A DNA stretch of 64,000 nucleotides from a virus: IMG/VR virus record IMGVR_UViG_3300017971_000278, positions 1 through 64,000 of that record; one strand, written 5' to 3'. Positions within the stretch are counted from its first letter, which is position 1. Every line of letters begins with the position of its first letter. Below are positions 10,169 through 20,900 of this stretch, in pieces. The translations under genes were made by a program, and so were the position numbers. Below the pieces are notes generated by a model, which saw nothing but the letters and a program-made list of their open reading frames with translations, did no database searches and was not told the origin of the DNA.

Positions 10169-12688
10169 CTATGATGCTGTTATTTTTAAAGTGCCGCCGC
10201 TGTTCCATACAATACCAGCACCCCCACCAGTCGGATCAACAGTAGGAAGTCCACTCATGACAAGGTTTCCAGTGCTTGTTGATGTATCTAATTTAATATT
10301 GCCACTTGTAGTAGTTTTTAAATGCAGATCACCTTGAGCAACAGTAATGTTAATACTATCGCGAGTTGAAAGCCATGCGTTTTGCCACCCAAGAATAAGT
10401 GGTCTAGAATACGTGGCACCAGTTTTTGTATTAAAAATAAATCTACTATCTGTGGCTCCAGTTTTATCTGGAGAGTAAAATATACCAGTTGGTGTGTGTG
10501 TGCCAAAAGTACCAAGTCCACCAGAATCGTTTAACCAGCCCTCTCCTTCTGTAGTAAAAGAAGTTGCTTTTCCATCGCCAGTATCAGAAAAGAAAATAGC
10601 ATTAGAATATACATTAAAAAAATCAGAACCAACAATACCAGGAGAAGTAAAATACTCTTCAAGGTCTTCAACATTATTAGCAGCTCGTAATGTAGCACCA
10701 CCAACACTATCAATAGTATTTGTTGCTCCGTCAACCCATGGAACACCACGAAACCTAAACTCTCTCATTTGCTCTGGAGCAAAACGTAAAGTTGTTCCTG
10801 GTGCATTACCATCTAGATCTGGTGTGATATCTAAAACATCTGTATGATCAGTTTGACTCATTTTTGCAGGAAGATTAAAAACATCATATGTAGCACTTAC
10901 AGTCCTGCAGCCTAAAAGCATTCTAATATAATTTGGTTCATTTCTTTGACCAAGATCAAATCCTAATACAGCACCATCCCACTTCTCATATGTTCCAGGG
11001 GCAGCTTCGTCATAATAACCTCTTAAAAATAAAGGACCGCTAGTACCAGAATATATAGAAAGAGAACCACATGCTTTTTTATCGTTTGCATAATTTGATC
11101 CATATCTTGTTGTGGCAGCACCAGTGTGTCTCAGGCCAAATCCACTTCTGTACGCTCGACCACCTGTAATAAAATCACCATCGCCCCATAGTCCAGAAAG
11201 TTTTATACATGCATTTTGATCTTCACTAAACCCATCTGTATTGCCACCACCGAAACTTACAGCAAAACTATGATGTGCATATTCTGCAAAATCACTACCA
11301 GGTCTAAGAACAAAACCACCACTTCCATCACCTAAATAATCACCAGTAAGAACAAAATCGCCTCGCATAGCATTACCAGTATTACCAGTTCCGGTACCAT
11401 AGGTGTCGTTAACATCGTTATCCATATAACCACCACGATGTAAATATTGAGAATGTGGATTTACAGGATAATTAGATTCAGTGAACATATATCTTTCAAC
11501 ATCAGCAAGACTATTGTCTATATCACCAGTATACCTATCTTCTAGATTATCGTGAGACAATGGTACAGTATACCCAAGAGTTGGGTTATCAGTTAGACCG
11601 ACATGTTCATTATTCCTAGTCATCTGCATAAGATAATTAATATTTTCTGCCACGCTACTACCAGAAACAATAACTCTATATGAAGAACTACCAACTGTTA
11701 ACCAATCTAATGGAGTTTCAAGCGTAAGAGAATTAGCATCTTTATATTTAAATGTTATTTGTGGTACTACCCTGCCTGTTGATTCTGGGCCGTCCCACAA
11801 TAAACAAAAACCTTCTGGGATCGTATCTCCAGTAGAAAGACCAGCTCCTGTTATAGCAGGTGGTAATCTATATAAAGATGTGTACCCAGGTAGGTATGCC
11901 CAAGTTGAATCGTCAGCATCAGACGATGCCAAAGATCTTTGTCCATATGCATTAACATCAGATGTACGTGTTTGATTCGCGACAGAAGGAAAGGTAAGTG
12001 TGTAGGTTGTTACACTACCAACATCTCCAACTTTAGCTACAGTACAAAGTGTTGACTCTTCCCAGTTTGGTATAACATTTTGTGTACCCCATGGAACGCC
12101 AGGGCCAAACATATTAAGATTACTTATCGTAAGTGTAATAGCAACAGAAGTAACCTCGTATGCAGTGATTACACCTTTGTAATAATCAACATAAAAATCA
12201 CCATCAGCAACAACAAGTTCTGGAGATGCTTTTTCTGAATTTAATACACTGTCTGTATCTCCAGAAACAGAAACATCTGACCATGTTAACGCACTGATAC
12301 TAGAAGACTTACTTGTTTCAGTAAGAGTAGAATCTACCTTAACCAAGGGGTAACCAAGAGTCCATGAGTTTCTATCTGCGGCCAAAACAACATTTATAGA
12401 ACTTACATTCTGTTGGTTCCAACATCCACCAGCTGGAGACATCCAATCAGATGGACCAACACACCTAGCAATACTAGCTTGACTAAGATTCTTTAAGCTT
12501 AATCTATATGCTCCACCAGAACCAGTGTGGCTAGTATAGTCCCAAGGATCTCCAATACCCAATGACATGCGCGAGAATGCGCTATCTGTATGTTTGACAA
12601 GTCCTGTAAATTTTTGTGCTGTTCCCTGTTCTCCTTTTACAAAATCAAAAGGGACCGGGAAAACATCTTGCATTTTATCTTGACTCAT
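10169..12688 (-). CDS. Tail fibre / receptor-binding protein
   Basis: 839 aa, Gly/Thr-rich; NPHSQYL fibre motif; C-terminal SGLPTVDP...GIVWNSGGTLKI motif common at fibre ends; lies downstream of the baseplate genes. Confidence 0.6.
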   Translation of the reverse strand: MSQDKMQDVFPVPFDFVKGEQGTAQKFTGLVKHTDSAFSRMSLGIGDPWDYTSHTGSGGAYRLSLKNLSQASIARCVGPSDWMSPAGGCWNQQNVSSINVVLAADRNSWTLGYPLVKVDSTLTETSKSSSISALTWSDVSVSGDTDSVLNSEKASPELVVADGDFYVDYYKGVITAYEVTSVAITLTISNLNMFGPGVPWGTQNVIPNWEESTLCTVAKVGDVGSVTTYTLTFPSVANQTRTSDVNAYGQRSLASSDADDSTWAYLPGYTSLYRLPPAITGAGLSTGDTIPEGFCLLWDGPESTGRVVPQITFKYKDANSLTLETPLDWLTVGSSSYRVIVSGSSVAENINYLMQMTRNNEHVGLTDNPTLGYTVPLSHDNLEDRYTGDIDNSLADVERYMFTESNYPVNPHSQYLHRGGYMDNDVNDTYGTGTGNTGNAMRGDFVLTGDYLGDGSGGFVLRPGSDFAEYAHHSFAVSFGGGNTDGFSEDQNACIKLSGLWGDGDFITGGRAYRSGFGLRHTGAATTRYGSNYANDKKACGSLSIYSGTSGPLFLRGYYDEAAPGTYEKWDGAVLGFDLGQRNEPNYIRMLLGCRTVSATYDVFNLPAKMSQTDHTDVLDITPDLDGNAPGTTLRFAPEQMREFRFRGVPWVDGATNTIDSVGGATLRAANNVEDLEEYFTSPGIVGSDFFNVYSNAIFFSDTGDGKATSFTTEGEGWLNDSGGLGTFGTHTPTGIFYSPDKTGATDSRFIFNTKTGATYSRPLILGWQNAWLSTRDSINITVAQGDLHLKTTTSGNIKLDTSTSTGNLVMSGLPTVDPTGGGAGIVWNSGGTLKITAS

Positions 12689-12696
12689 AATACCTC

Positions 12697-15600
12697 CTAC
12701 GGAGTAGTAATCTCAAAAGTAAAACCTAATGTTCTAAAAGGAGCAGATGCCCATTCATCAGTTTCACCTGTTCCACCAACTAGATCAATTACATTGTACG
12801 GTCCAGAGTGTGGATTAATTGTAATAAAAGTTGCTCCGTCTATACCGGAAGCAACAGTGTCGTTGTCACCAACTAACTTCCATCCAAATGGAACTTTCTG
12901 GTCAGACGTATTTATATATTCACCAAGCATATATTCAGGAAGGGATATTCTTCCAATTACCGAGTCACTATATATATATTGATTATAGTATGGACTCCAG
13001 CAGTGTGCTTGGAATGTAACTAGTTTACTGGATACCAACCAGTATCCACCTATTTCATAAGAAGAACCTACTCCACAATCTGGTGCAGAACCAGCAGGAA
13101 CTACAACTCTCCAAAACCCATCATATGGGTCGCTAGCATCATCAATTTGTTCCACTAGATATGGCCGCACAGGGACATAAGCGCCTAAAGAACCAGTTAC
13201 TGGATTAACAGCTGTACTATCAAGAAGTGGACCGGTTGTTTCGTAGTTTATTAGTAGTACATCATCAAATTCTACGTATTCAGTTCCACCTGTCGCAATT
13301 GATGAAGTAAATGCAAGATAGATACCAGTAGCCGTAGCAGTAAAAGTAACATCAAATTGTTCCCAGGCTCCTGTAGTTCCACCAGTCCACAATGTTGTAG
13401 CATCATTTGTAACCAATGGTGCTTGGGTGCCATCACTTCTAGCCCAACCAGTAATTCTGTATTTTACACCAATAGTAGTTACTGCTAATTGATGAGCCTC
13501 CACTTGCACAGGAGGAGTTATGTCTATAGGAGCAGTAATCTTTAAACATTGACTTCCTTCATATGGTGTTATTGTGCTTTTTTCTATAGTTGTACTAGTA
13601 GATGTATCCCAAGCGCCGTTTTGCTCTATAACTGTTATGTTGTCGTATTCACTATATTCGCCAGCAGCATTTGCAAATGTTGCTAACGTAAAGTCTGTAG
13701 CTGTAGCAATAAAAGTAAATGATATATCTTGCCAACTAGAGGAAATTGTTCCAGTCCACATAGTTGACCCATCATGTGTAATTAATGGATACTCATTTCC
13801 AGTACCAGAACTTCTTGCTTTTCCAGAAACTTTATATGATTTTCCAATTGTTAAAACGTTTTGATATGCTGTAGCATATGTATTATGTAATCTTAAACAG
13901 TACGTACTGCCAGCTATGTCAGAAGATTCTCTAGATATCTTTTTAGAACTTAACCAAGAACCATTTTGTTCTAAAACTTCAATGTCGTCAAATTCGACAT
14001 ACTCACTTCCACCTGGGCCAGAACAGGTAAATCCAAGATCCACATCTGTACCACCAGATAAAAATGTTAGATTAAACTGCTCCCAGGTTCCTGTAGTGCC
14101 ACCTGTCCATATTAAACTGCCACTACCAACCCATATTTTTGGGGCTTCAGTCCCATCACTTCTAGCCCATCCAGTAATCCTATATGACTTACCAGAAGTT
14201 AAAACGCTTTGCGTAACAGTACATGTGCCAGCGCCAACATCAGCTGTTAATCTTAAGTGCTGTGTTCCTTCTTGTAGCGGAGGTGTTGTATCTTTTGTTG
14301 GTGTACAGTCCCATTCTGACCAAGCAGCAACTCCAACAGCCTCCATGTCTCCATCAACAATTACATCAGTTAATGTTGCTTCAAAATTACCATCCACAAT
14401 AGGATCTGTAGAGGGAACAGTTTCCATATCACCATCAGTAAGCAGGTTTACAGTACTCATTCCGTACTGTTGATAAACAACTACCTTCCTGCCATTAATA
14501 GGATCACCTTCAGAAACAGTAGCACCATCCCATGCTTCTAAGTCATGCTCAAGAATCATTTCTTGTGACCATTGTGCATAATCAGCAGCATCTTGCACCC
14601 AAGATGGAGTATCGGCTTGATACATAGAAAGTAAAAGAGCATCAAGATCTTCATGACCCATAATAGGATCGTCTTTTAAAATTTGGTATAAATATATTTC
14701 ATCTTCTTTTCCAGTAAGCCCGGTTTCAGAAACACTAAGAATAAGCTCCCTGTCATCTGGATAACTTGCATGAGTAGAATTTCTTACAATAGTTGTATAA
14801 AAACCAAGCTCATCAGAAGACACGGGTGGTTGGTATGTAGTATAAGCGTCACCAGAAGAATCAGTTACAGATATAGAAGCACTATCACCGTCTAAATAAC
14901 CCAAATCTACTGGGCTTATTGTAAATCCAACTTCCACATCACTTACAGGCACACTGCTAGCAGAAAGCACATTGGCCTTTAAAATACCGTAATCAGAACC
15001 TACAGTGATTGGACCATATTCAATTGGAGAAGCAGTCCCTAAAATCTTTTGTTTGTTTATTTCTAATGTAATAGTAGCAGCTTCAAGATCACTGTGTGAT
15101 ATACAAACAAACCCTTGATTCGTAGATTGTGTTACGGGATTAACATCAGCATCTATAGCAACAATACTCTGATCTCTATTAAGTTCTTCGTATTCTATTC
15201 TTGGCACTGTTGTGTAAGCAGCAACAATGTGTGTTCCTGAAGTTGGAACTCCACTTCCAGCGGCACTACCAAAATAAACAATACCTAAATCTTTATCTAA
15301 AAAGTATCTTTTGGTATTCGGATAAGACCAGCTTCCAGTAATTAAATCCCACCAAGAATCCATTCTAGTCCATTCTTCCCATGTTGTACTATTAGCAACA
15401 TAAAGATGAAATGAACTATCAGCAAGAACAGGAAAATTCTCTAAATAAAACACCTGATAGTCTGAGCCGGTGGACAAACCAAGATACTCACATGCAGCTA
15501 GATCATTATATTGTGTTGGTATAACACCATACTGTTCTGAGTAGTCACGATTAAACCAAAGTCTTGTTGTGCCATCTATGGTGTTGCTATCAACTACAAA

Positions 15601-16224
15601 TTCTCTTTTGGTAGTATCTACATTGGCCCATGTAATAGTGCCCAAATCAGAAACTGTTTCTAATTGAGTTCCGCTTGAGTATATCCCGGTAAATCTGTAT
15701 CGTTGATTAATGCGTGTTTTATAAGTATTCTCTTTTAAAGAATCACGCTTAAAAGTAGCAGCAAGGATTGGCGTTGTGATATCTGGGGTGGTAGAAAGTT
15801 CAATATAATTTCTACCGTCGCGATTATCGCTTGTATTGATGTACTGAACTACGCTGTTGTCGCTGTAATAAAAATAATCAACATTATAACGATAGTAAAA
15901 ACCATTACTTACAAACGGGTACCAGTGTTTTTCGCCGTCTTGCAATACCTCAGTAAAGTCACTAACATAAAGATCATCTAAATTTGCTGCGCCAACTCCA
16001 GAGCGAAAATAACTAGAAGCACTAACACCTTGTATAGATGGATCTGATAATCTCGGAAGAGATGGAAGTTTAAGATCAAAAGGACTTCCCCATCTCTTTA
16101 TATCAAATGTCCAACCTTCAGGTATATCAAGAGGGTGTTCGAATCCAACATATGGTCTCATACTGGCTTCTCTGACAACTATTTGTTCAGTAGTTACTTT
16201 AATACTTGATCTAGTAAGCGTCAT
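12697..16224 (-). CDS. Tail/baseplate appendage protein with Ig-like segment and three CBM4/9-like carbohydrate-binding modules
   Basis: 1175 aa; YFLDKDLGIVYFG baseplate motif; Big-like VPVSDVEVGF...SVTDSSGDAYTTY; three repeats with Y[RK]x[TS]G[WK]ARS...W.G...W....TF...E[FY]D. Confidence 0.7.
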   Translation of the reverse strand: MTLTRSSIKVTTEQIVVREASMRPYVGFEHPLDIPEGWTFDIKRWGSPFDLKLPSLPRLSDPSIQGVSASSYFRSGVGAANLDDLYVSDFTEVLQDGEKHWYPFVSNGFYYRYNVDYFYYSDNSVVQYINTSDNRDGRNYIELSTTPDITTPILAATFKRDSLKENTYKTRINQRYRFTGIYSSGTQLETVSDLGTITWANVDTTKREFVVDSNTIDGTTRLWFNRDYSEQYGVIPTQYNDLAACEYLGLSTGSDYQVFYLENFPVLADSSFHLYVANSTTWEEWTRMDSWWDLITGSWSYPNTKRYFLDKDLGIVYFGSAAGSGVPTSGTHIVAAYTTVPRIEYEELNRDQSIVAIDADVNPVTQSTNQGFVCISHSDLEAATITLEINKQKILGTASPIEYGPITVGSDYGILKANVLSASSVPVSDVEVGFTISPVDLGYLDGDSASISVTDSSGDAYTTYQPPVSSDELGFYTTIVRNSTHASYPDDRELILSVSETGLTGKEDEIYLYQILKDDPIMGHEDLDALLLSMYQADTPSWVQDAADYAQWSQEMILEHDLEAWDGATVSEGDPINGRKVVVYQQYGMSTVNLLTDGDMETVPSTDPIVDGNFEATLTDVIVDGDMEAVGVAAWSEWDCTPTKDTTPPLQEGTQHLRLTADVGAGTCTVTQSVLTSGKSYRITGWARSDGTEAPKIWVGSGSLIWTGGTTGTWEQFNLTFLSGGTDVDLGFTCSGPGGSEYVEFDDIEVLEQNGSWLSSKKISRESSDIAGSTYCLRLHNTYATAYQNVLTIGKSYKVSGKARSSGTGNEYPLITHDGSTMWTGTISSSWQDISFTFIATATDFTLATFANAAGEYSEYDNITVIEQNGAWDTSTSTTIEKSTITPYEGSQCLKITAPIDITPPVQVEAHQLAVTTIGVKYRITGWARSDGTQAPLVTNDATTLWTGGTTGAWEQFDVTFTATATGIYLAFTSSIATGGTEYVEFDDVLLINYETTGPLLDSTAVNPVTGSLGAYVPVRPYLVEQIDDASDPYDGFWRVVVPAGSAPDCGVGSSYEIGGYWLVSSKLVTFQAHCWSPYYNQYIYSDSVIGRISLPEYMLGEYINTSDQKVPFGWKLVGDNDTVASGIDGATFITINPHSGPYNVIDLVGGTGETDEWASAPFRTLGFTFEITTP
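13243..14448 (-). repeat. Three CBM4/9-like protein repeats in nested arrangement
   Basis: Repeated YRITGWARSDGT, WTGGTTG.WEQF and EYVEFDD segments are visible in the translation. Confidence 0.75.
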
Positions 16225-17174
16225 TATTCACCCCAAAATACCTTTGTTTCTGTAAATAGCTGATGATATGTTTCTGACCCTTCTGTGTTAAGAACAGTAT
16301 TTATTTCAGTACCAGAGTCGTCTGTCTCGTGATTAAAAAGTTCATATTGAAAATCGTCATCTTGAAAAGTATATATCTTTATTGGAGTATAGTCTACTTC
16401 AAAAGGAAAAACAGATCCATGATAAGACACAGCTAAATCTCCTTGTGGAACAGAGTATACATATATTTTTCCATTTACGCGGTCAACCATATATTCTCCT
16501 TTTGCAGAAGGAGTGCCAGTAACCTCTGTTTTAAAAGTTTCAGTCTCATCAAAAACAAGACTTGTTTCAACGATATGTTGTGCTGATAATACAGTTAGCG
16601 AGTCAGTATCAATTGGATCACCCTGTACATAAATATCAGTATTGCCGTTAATAAGATTAGTAGAGTGTGTATTTGGTCTCATTCCAGATTCTATCGTTGC
16701 AGAAAAACATTGAGACGTATTGATAGCGGCAACCAAATCATCCAGAAAATACCCAGTATCTGTTGGTTGGTATGTCCTAATTGTAGAATCTATTACTCTT
16801 GTTCCGTCTGTACGATAATCACTATACAAAACAACCTTGTTTGCAAGAATATCAACTCTTGGATTTCTGGCTATTGGATTGCCAGCACTATTTAACTTAA
16901 GAGAAATAGTCATTGCTTTTTGTCTAGAATACCCAAGCTCTCTAGTAATACCATTGATAGCACCTTCGTATGTGCCACCATCAGGATGTACAGCAACGTC
17001 CATAATCCTTTGTTTAAATTCAGCATTTGTTTCTTCATCGAGACGATTTAAAGACACTAGATCTGAAATCAAATCAAGATGACTAACTATATTTTTACTT
17101 GTAGGTGTGCCAGTATATTCATTTATACTAGTGATTCTAAAAGCAAAACTTTGAAATTTCATATTGTTGCCCAT
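16224..17174 (-). CDS. Baseplate wedge protein
   Basis: RLDEETNAEFKQRI resembles the baseplate-J E[ST]DxxxRxR motif; position in baseplate cluster. Confidence 0.55.
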   Translation of the reverse strand: MGNNMKFQSFAFRITSINEYTGTPTSKNIVSHLDLISDLVSLNRLDEETNAEFKQRIMDVAVHPDGGTYEGAINGITRELGYSRQKAMTISLKLNSAGNPIARNPRVDILANKVVLYSDYRTDGTRVIDSTIRTYQPTDTGYFLDDLVAAINTSQCFSATIESGMRPNTHSTNLINGNTDIYVQGDPIDTDSLTVLSAQHIVETSLVFDETETFKTEVTGTPSAKGEYMVDRVNGKIYVYSVPQGDLAVSYHGSVFPFEVDYTPIKIYTFQDDDFQYELFNHETDDSGTEINTVLNTEGSETYHQLFTETKVFWGE

Positions 17175-18811
17175 TAAACAGTTACCCTAAGTGATGAATA
17201 TTCTTCGTTACACCAAACTATCTTCTTCTCATAGTCTACCAGAAAGTAATCATGATATGTTTCAAGTAAATATATTCTTCCGTATTTTTTTAACCAAACA
17301 CGCAAATCAGAATCTAAACCAATATCCTCTGGTGACCTTAATGCAGTAGGCAAAGATAGTTGTATTTCTGGTGTGATAGCAGGAACGAAGAACATAAATT
17401 TTGTTTTAAGTATTTCTGTTGTTTGAAATTTGTCATCAACATATTGAGCTTCCAGTGTAACTATATATTCTCCATTCTTAAGAAAAGTAATTGGAATCTT
17501 CATTTCGTCAAATAACCCATCATACCATTTGATGTTTTCAATCCAAGCAGTTGTAGTAGTTGGAAACAATGTACCATCTTCTGCTATATAATACTCAATA
17601 CCATCAGGATCTCTTAGCGTCCACTGTGTTCTAGATGGAGGATCTAAGATAGCATTATTTCTAGTTCGTATTTCTGTAGTAGCTCCGCGTGTATATATCC
17701 ATGTCTCTGCCCATAGATCAATTTTGGTTTCAGAACTTTCTCCATCCATGTTTTGACAATTGGGAAACTCTAAAGAAGTATCATATACATAAAAGTTATT
17801 GTCATCTACACCATACATAAATTTACTATTTGGTTTTAATACAAAACCATTAAGGTTTACATTTAAGTTATTCTCATCTAAAAGTTCTATCTCATAAAAT
17901 GTATCTTTTTCGTCTACGCCAGCTCTGATAATATCAAAATTACTTACAGTAAAACTTTTACCCAATAAGGTAGAGCCCCATGATCTAGTACCAAGATCAA
18001 TATAGAGTGGTCGCTCTCCACCTTCTGCTGGAACAAAAATATTTTGTGTATCTAAATGTCCATCTTGTGCAAAGGGGAATAGTTCAATTGTGAGATAAGC
18101 AGTAGAATCAACATAGCTAACCATGAAACTTTCTACAGACTCCCATTCGTTTACTGTTTTAAAAGTGCCATTGTATCTTAAAGGAACTGCTTCGGTAAGA
18201 GTTGTACCTTTTCTTGTCGTTCCTGTTATATAACATTTGGGATAATATATTTTGTCAACTGAGCGCTTTTCCCATGTATCATTGTTAGAAATGGTTATAT
18301 ACAAGTGACCATTTATCGGCATTGAGTTAGGGGAAAGACTACTAATATTAGACACAAGAGTTGTAGGTAATACAGACGAGTAGGAATAGGATGTTTCACC
18401 GTTGCGAATCCGTGATGTAATACAATTGTAAGCCAATGTTTCAATATCGTTATTTTCAGCTTGAGTTATTTGTTGTTCTGAACCTTGTATGGTTGCATAA
18501 ACATTCGGTGGTACGTATGTTTTCTCCCCAGAAGAATCTTCTGTGTAAGAGAAAGACATGTCGTCTGGTAGCTGTAGCCAGTGTAATATATCTAAATCAT
18601 TTAAATCTACAGTAGAGGCAAACATATTAAAACGCTCTTGAGTAAGCATTTGTATTGTCTCTTGTATGTATCCAGCAATAGGATTATATAATTGTTGTCC
18701 AACAGACACTGGGCTTTTACGTATCTGTGACCACGGCGGCGCACGATTAAAAAGTCTCTGGGTGACCCATGAACGAGCATATCTATTGCTAGGATAAGTA
18801 CCTAATACCAT
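17174..18811 (-). CDS. Baseplate wedge/structural protein
   Basis: 545 aa; TAATG-coupled directly downstream of the baseplate J-like gene. Confidence 0.55.
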   Translation of the reverse strand: MVLGTYPSNRYARSWVTQRLFNRAPPWSQIRKSPVSVGQQLYNPIAGYIQETIQMLTQERFNMFASTVDLNDLDILHWLQLPDDMSFSYTEDSSGEKTYVPPNVYATIQGSEQQITQAENNDIETLAYNCITSRIRNGETSYSYSSVLPTTLVSNISSLSPNSMPINGHLYITISNNDTWEKRSVDKIYYPKCYITGTTRKGTTLTEAVPLRYNGTFKTVNEWESVESFMVSYVDSTAYLTIELFPFAQDGHLDTQNIFVPAEGGERPLYIDLGTRSWGSTLLGKSFTVSNFDIIRAGVDEKDTFYEIELLDENNLNVNLNGFVLKPNSKFMYGVDDNNFYVYDTSLEFPNCQNMDGESSETKIDLWAETWIYTRGATTEIRTRNNAILDPPSRTQWTLRDPDGIEYYIAEDGTLFPTTTTAWIENIKWYDGLFDEMKIPITFLKNGEYIVTLEAQYVDDKFQTTEILKTKFMFFVPAITPEIQLSLPTALRSPEDIGLDSDLRVWLKKYGRIYLLETYHDYFLVDYEKKIVWCNEEYSSLRVTV

Positions 18812-20070
18812 TACTGATTACCTCTTGTAAGAAATTGAATACCTCTATGCCTACCACTAGTTTCTAAAATAACTCTTTCGTTGTATAAAGGTTCTACTTC
18901 ATCACCTGTAAGTATATTCCTAACTGTTCCTTCTGATACAGGATCAGTCCTATATCCATATATTTCTTCAAACTTATTAACCGTGCTTGCTCCAATACTA
19001 AAAGCATAAGGTGTAGAGTTCAACATTTTATCTATAAGATCAGAGAATATAACAGTTTCGCCAATGTCAGTTTGATTCAAGTAACTCTCAACTGCATTCC
19101 TCATGTCTTTATATCCTTGTGCTATTTGTGTAGAAGTAGCTTTTGGATTCCAAGAAACCGAAGCTATTAATTCTATTCCTATTGGCAGCGGCGCTAAAAC
19201 AAAAGGACGTATACCATAGCCACTAACCAGTTGAATTGCACTAGCAACTTCTTGTAGTAACCTTGGGCTCGTTGTTGGAGTAAAACCTTTAACATAAATA
19301 GAGTATGTTCCAGGTCCCTGTTCACACATAACTTCAGTAATATCATTAACACCAGGAATACTAAGAGCAGCTAGTCTAATTGCAGCAAATACAGCAAGAT
19401 TCTTTGCCGCGAAAACTTGTGATAATCTATAGCGGTAAGAAGAATCACTTTCTCTATCTTCACCGTTGGAAATAGCGTATCTATTTGTGCATTTTAATTT
19501 AGACAAATCATTTAATGTATAATTGGTAAAAGAATGTTGGTTCAAAACATTCCTTGGAACGTCAGATCCAAGCCCTTCAATGACTGCCCTTACCGGGGCA
19601 TATACGAAAGACTGACCAGCGAGACAAACCACATCTGCAGTGGTGTTGTATTGTATTACAGGTTGGGACTCAATACCTGGAGTAATAACAGTGCCATCAT
19701 AGGGGACTGTTTGAACTGTAGTTCCGGAAGGTATACGTATGTCATTGGCATTGTTTATGTCACCAAACGTACCAGTAGCAACATAAAACATAAAGTTGCC
19801 ACCTTCTGATTCTGCATGTGTAGACTCATGTCTTGGCAGATTCATCATGTCGCCAAAGAAATCTAAGAATTTACCATCAGCATATTTAATAAATGCTTGC
19901 ATGAGATTGATGTCGAAGATCCTGTGTTGGCCTTCTTGCTCTTGCGCGGCAGTATCAAGTAGAAATCTTGTTTTAGATCCAGGAGCAAGTTGCGTTATAT
20001 TTGTTTCAGCGCTTAATCGCTCTAAAGAATCCGATACAATTTCTCTTCGTGTTCTTTCGAAAAATACCAT
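18811..20070 (-). CDS. Baseplate J-like wedge protein (P2 gpJ / T4 gp6 family)
   Basis: PGSKTRFLL, ADGKFLDFFG, GEDRESDSSYRYRL, ALSIPGV motifs; follows the gp25-like gene. Confidence 0.85.
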   Translation of the reverse strand: MVFFERTRREIVSDSLERLSAETNITQLAPGSKTRFLLDTAAQEQEGQHRIFDINLMQAFIKYADGKFLDFFGDMMNLPRHESTHAESEGGNFMFYVATGTFGDINNANDIRIPSGTTVQTVPYDGTVITPGIESQPVIQYNTTADVVCLAGQSFVYAPVRAVIEGLGSDVPRNVLNQHSFTNYTLNDLSKLKCTNRYAISNGEDRESDSSYRYRLSQVFAAKNLAVFAAIRLAALSIPGVNDITEVMCEQGPGTYSIYVKGFTPTTSPRLLQEVASAIQLVSGYGIRPFVLAPLPIGIELIASVSWNPKATSTQIAQGYKDMRNAVESYLNQTDIGETVIFSDLIDKMLNSTPYAFSIGASTVNKFEEIYGYRTDPVSEGTVRNILTGDEVEPLYNERVILETSGRHRGIQFLTRGNQ

Positions 20071-20080
20071 TTGTCAACTC

Positions 20081-20521
20081 CTACTGTATAAAATATGCGT
20101 GATTTTCAGAATAATTATACAAAATATTAATACCAAGATATTCACTGCCAGCGTTTTGCGCAGTAGCAATTACCTTGATAGTTATTCTCAACATAAGTTT
20201 GTCATTCTCAATTGGTGCATATCTTACTTGTACATCAGCATTATGAACAAGACCGTTTCTTGTAATAGAAGATATGATTCTAGTTTTAACAGCTTCTGCG
20301 GTAACCTTGTTGTTTGGTTCTCCAACATAATCTGACAAGCTAGCTGATATATCAGGGTACAATCTCCAATCGCCAACTTCTGATTTAATACGACTACGTA
20401 TCTCTTGATAGATAGATCTTAGTGGGTCTGCATAAGTATCCATAATATCGCCATCATGGCCAATAACTAAGTCTCCTCGTCCAGTCCACATAAGGTCTGT
20501 TCTGTCATAGATTTGTGGCAT
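20081..20521 (-). CDS. Baseplate wedge / sheath initiator (T4 gp25 / P2 gpW-like)
   Basis: 146 aa; RIKSEVGDWRLYPDISASLSDYVGEPN matches the gp25-family pattern; immediately upstream of the J-like gene. Confidence 0.8.
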   Translation of the reverse strand: MPQIYDRTDLMWTGRGDLVIGHDGDIMDTYADPLRSIYQEIRSRIKSEVGDWRLYPDISASLSDYVGEPNNKVTAEAVKTRIISSITRNGLVHNADVQVRYAPIENDKLMLRITIKVIATAQNAGSEYLGINILYNYSENHAYFIQ

Positions 20522-20523
20522 AT

Positions 20524-20871
20524 TTACGCAGCTCCAGCAGCAATCGTTCCACCAATTATAGCACCCATCATAGCAACTTGCTTAACAAGATTAACTACTT
20601 GTTTAACAGGAGGATCGATCATATACATTGCACTAGGCGTTGCCATTGTTGATGGCAAGATACCCATTACAGAAGTTTGAAATGTGAATAAACCACCTAT
20701 GCGAACCTGATTAGGACTCGAAACAATACTCATTGGTCCTGCTATAGAGGTACCACGTTCGTCTACCATTATTCCATTATCTTCAGCTGCTGTTAATCTG
20801 ACTGATTTTTCAGATACAACAATACCCGAATCAGAGGACGGATGTGATTTTATAGTTTTTGGATCTGCCAT
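20524..20871 (-). CDS. Baseplate-associated protein (possible spike component)
   Basis: 115 aa, AAGGAG RBS; lies between hub and gp25-like genes. Confidence 0.5.
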   Translation of the reverse strand: MADPKTIKSHPSSDSGIVVSEKSVRLTAAEDNGIMVDERGTSIAGPMSIVSSPNQVRIGGLFTFQTSVMGILPSTMATPSAMYMIDPPVKQVVNLVKQVAMMGAIIGGTIAAGAA

Positions 20872-20891
20872 ATTTATTTTCTCCTTCTAAT

Positions 20892-20900
20892 ATTATACCA
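20892..20900 (-). promoter_or_regulatory. Extended -10 promoter element TGGTATAAT
   Basis: Exact TGnTATAAT in a 29-bp intergenic gap, followed by AGAAGGAG RBS and ATG. Confidence 0.45.
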
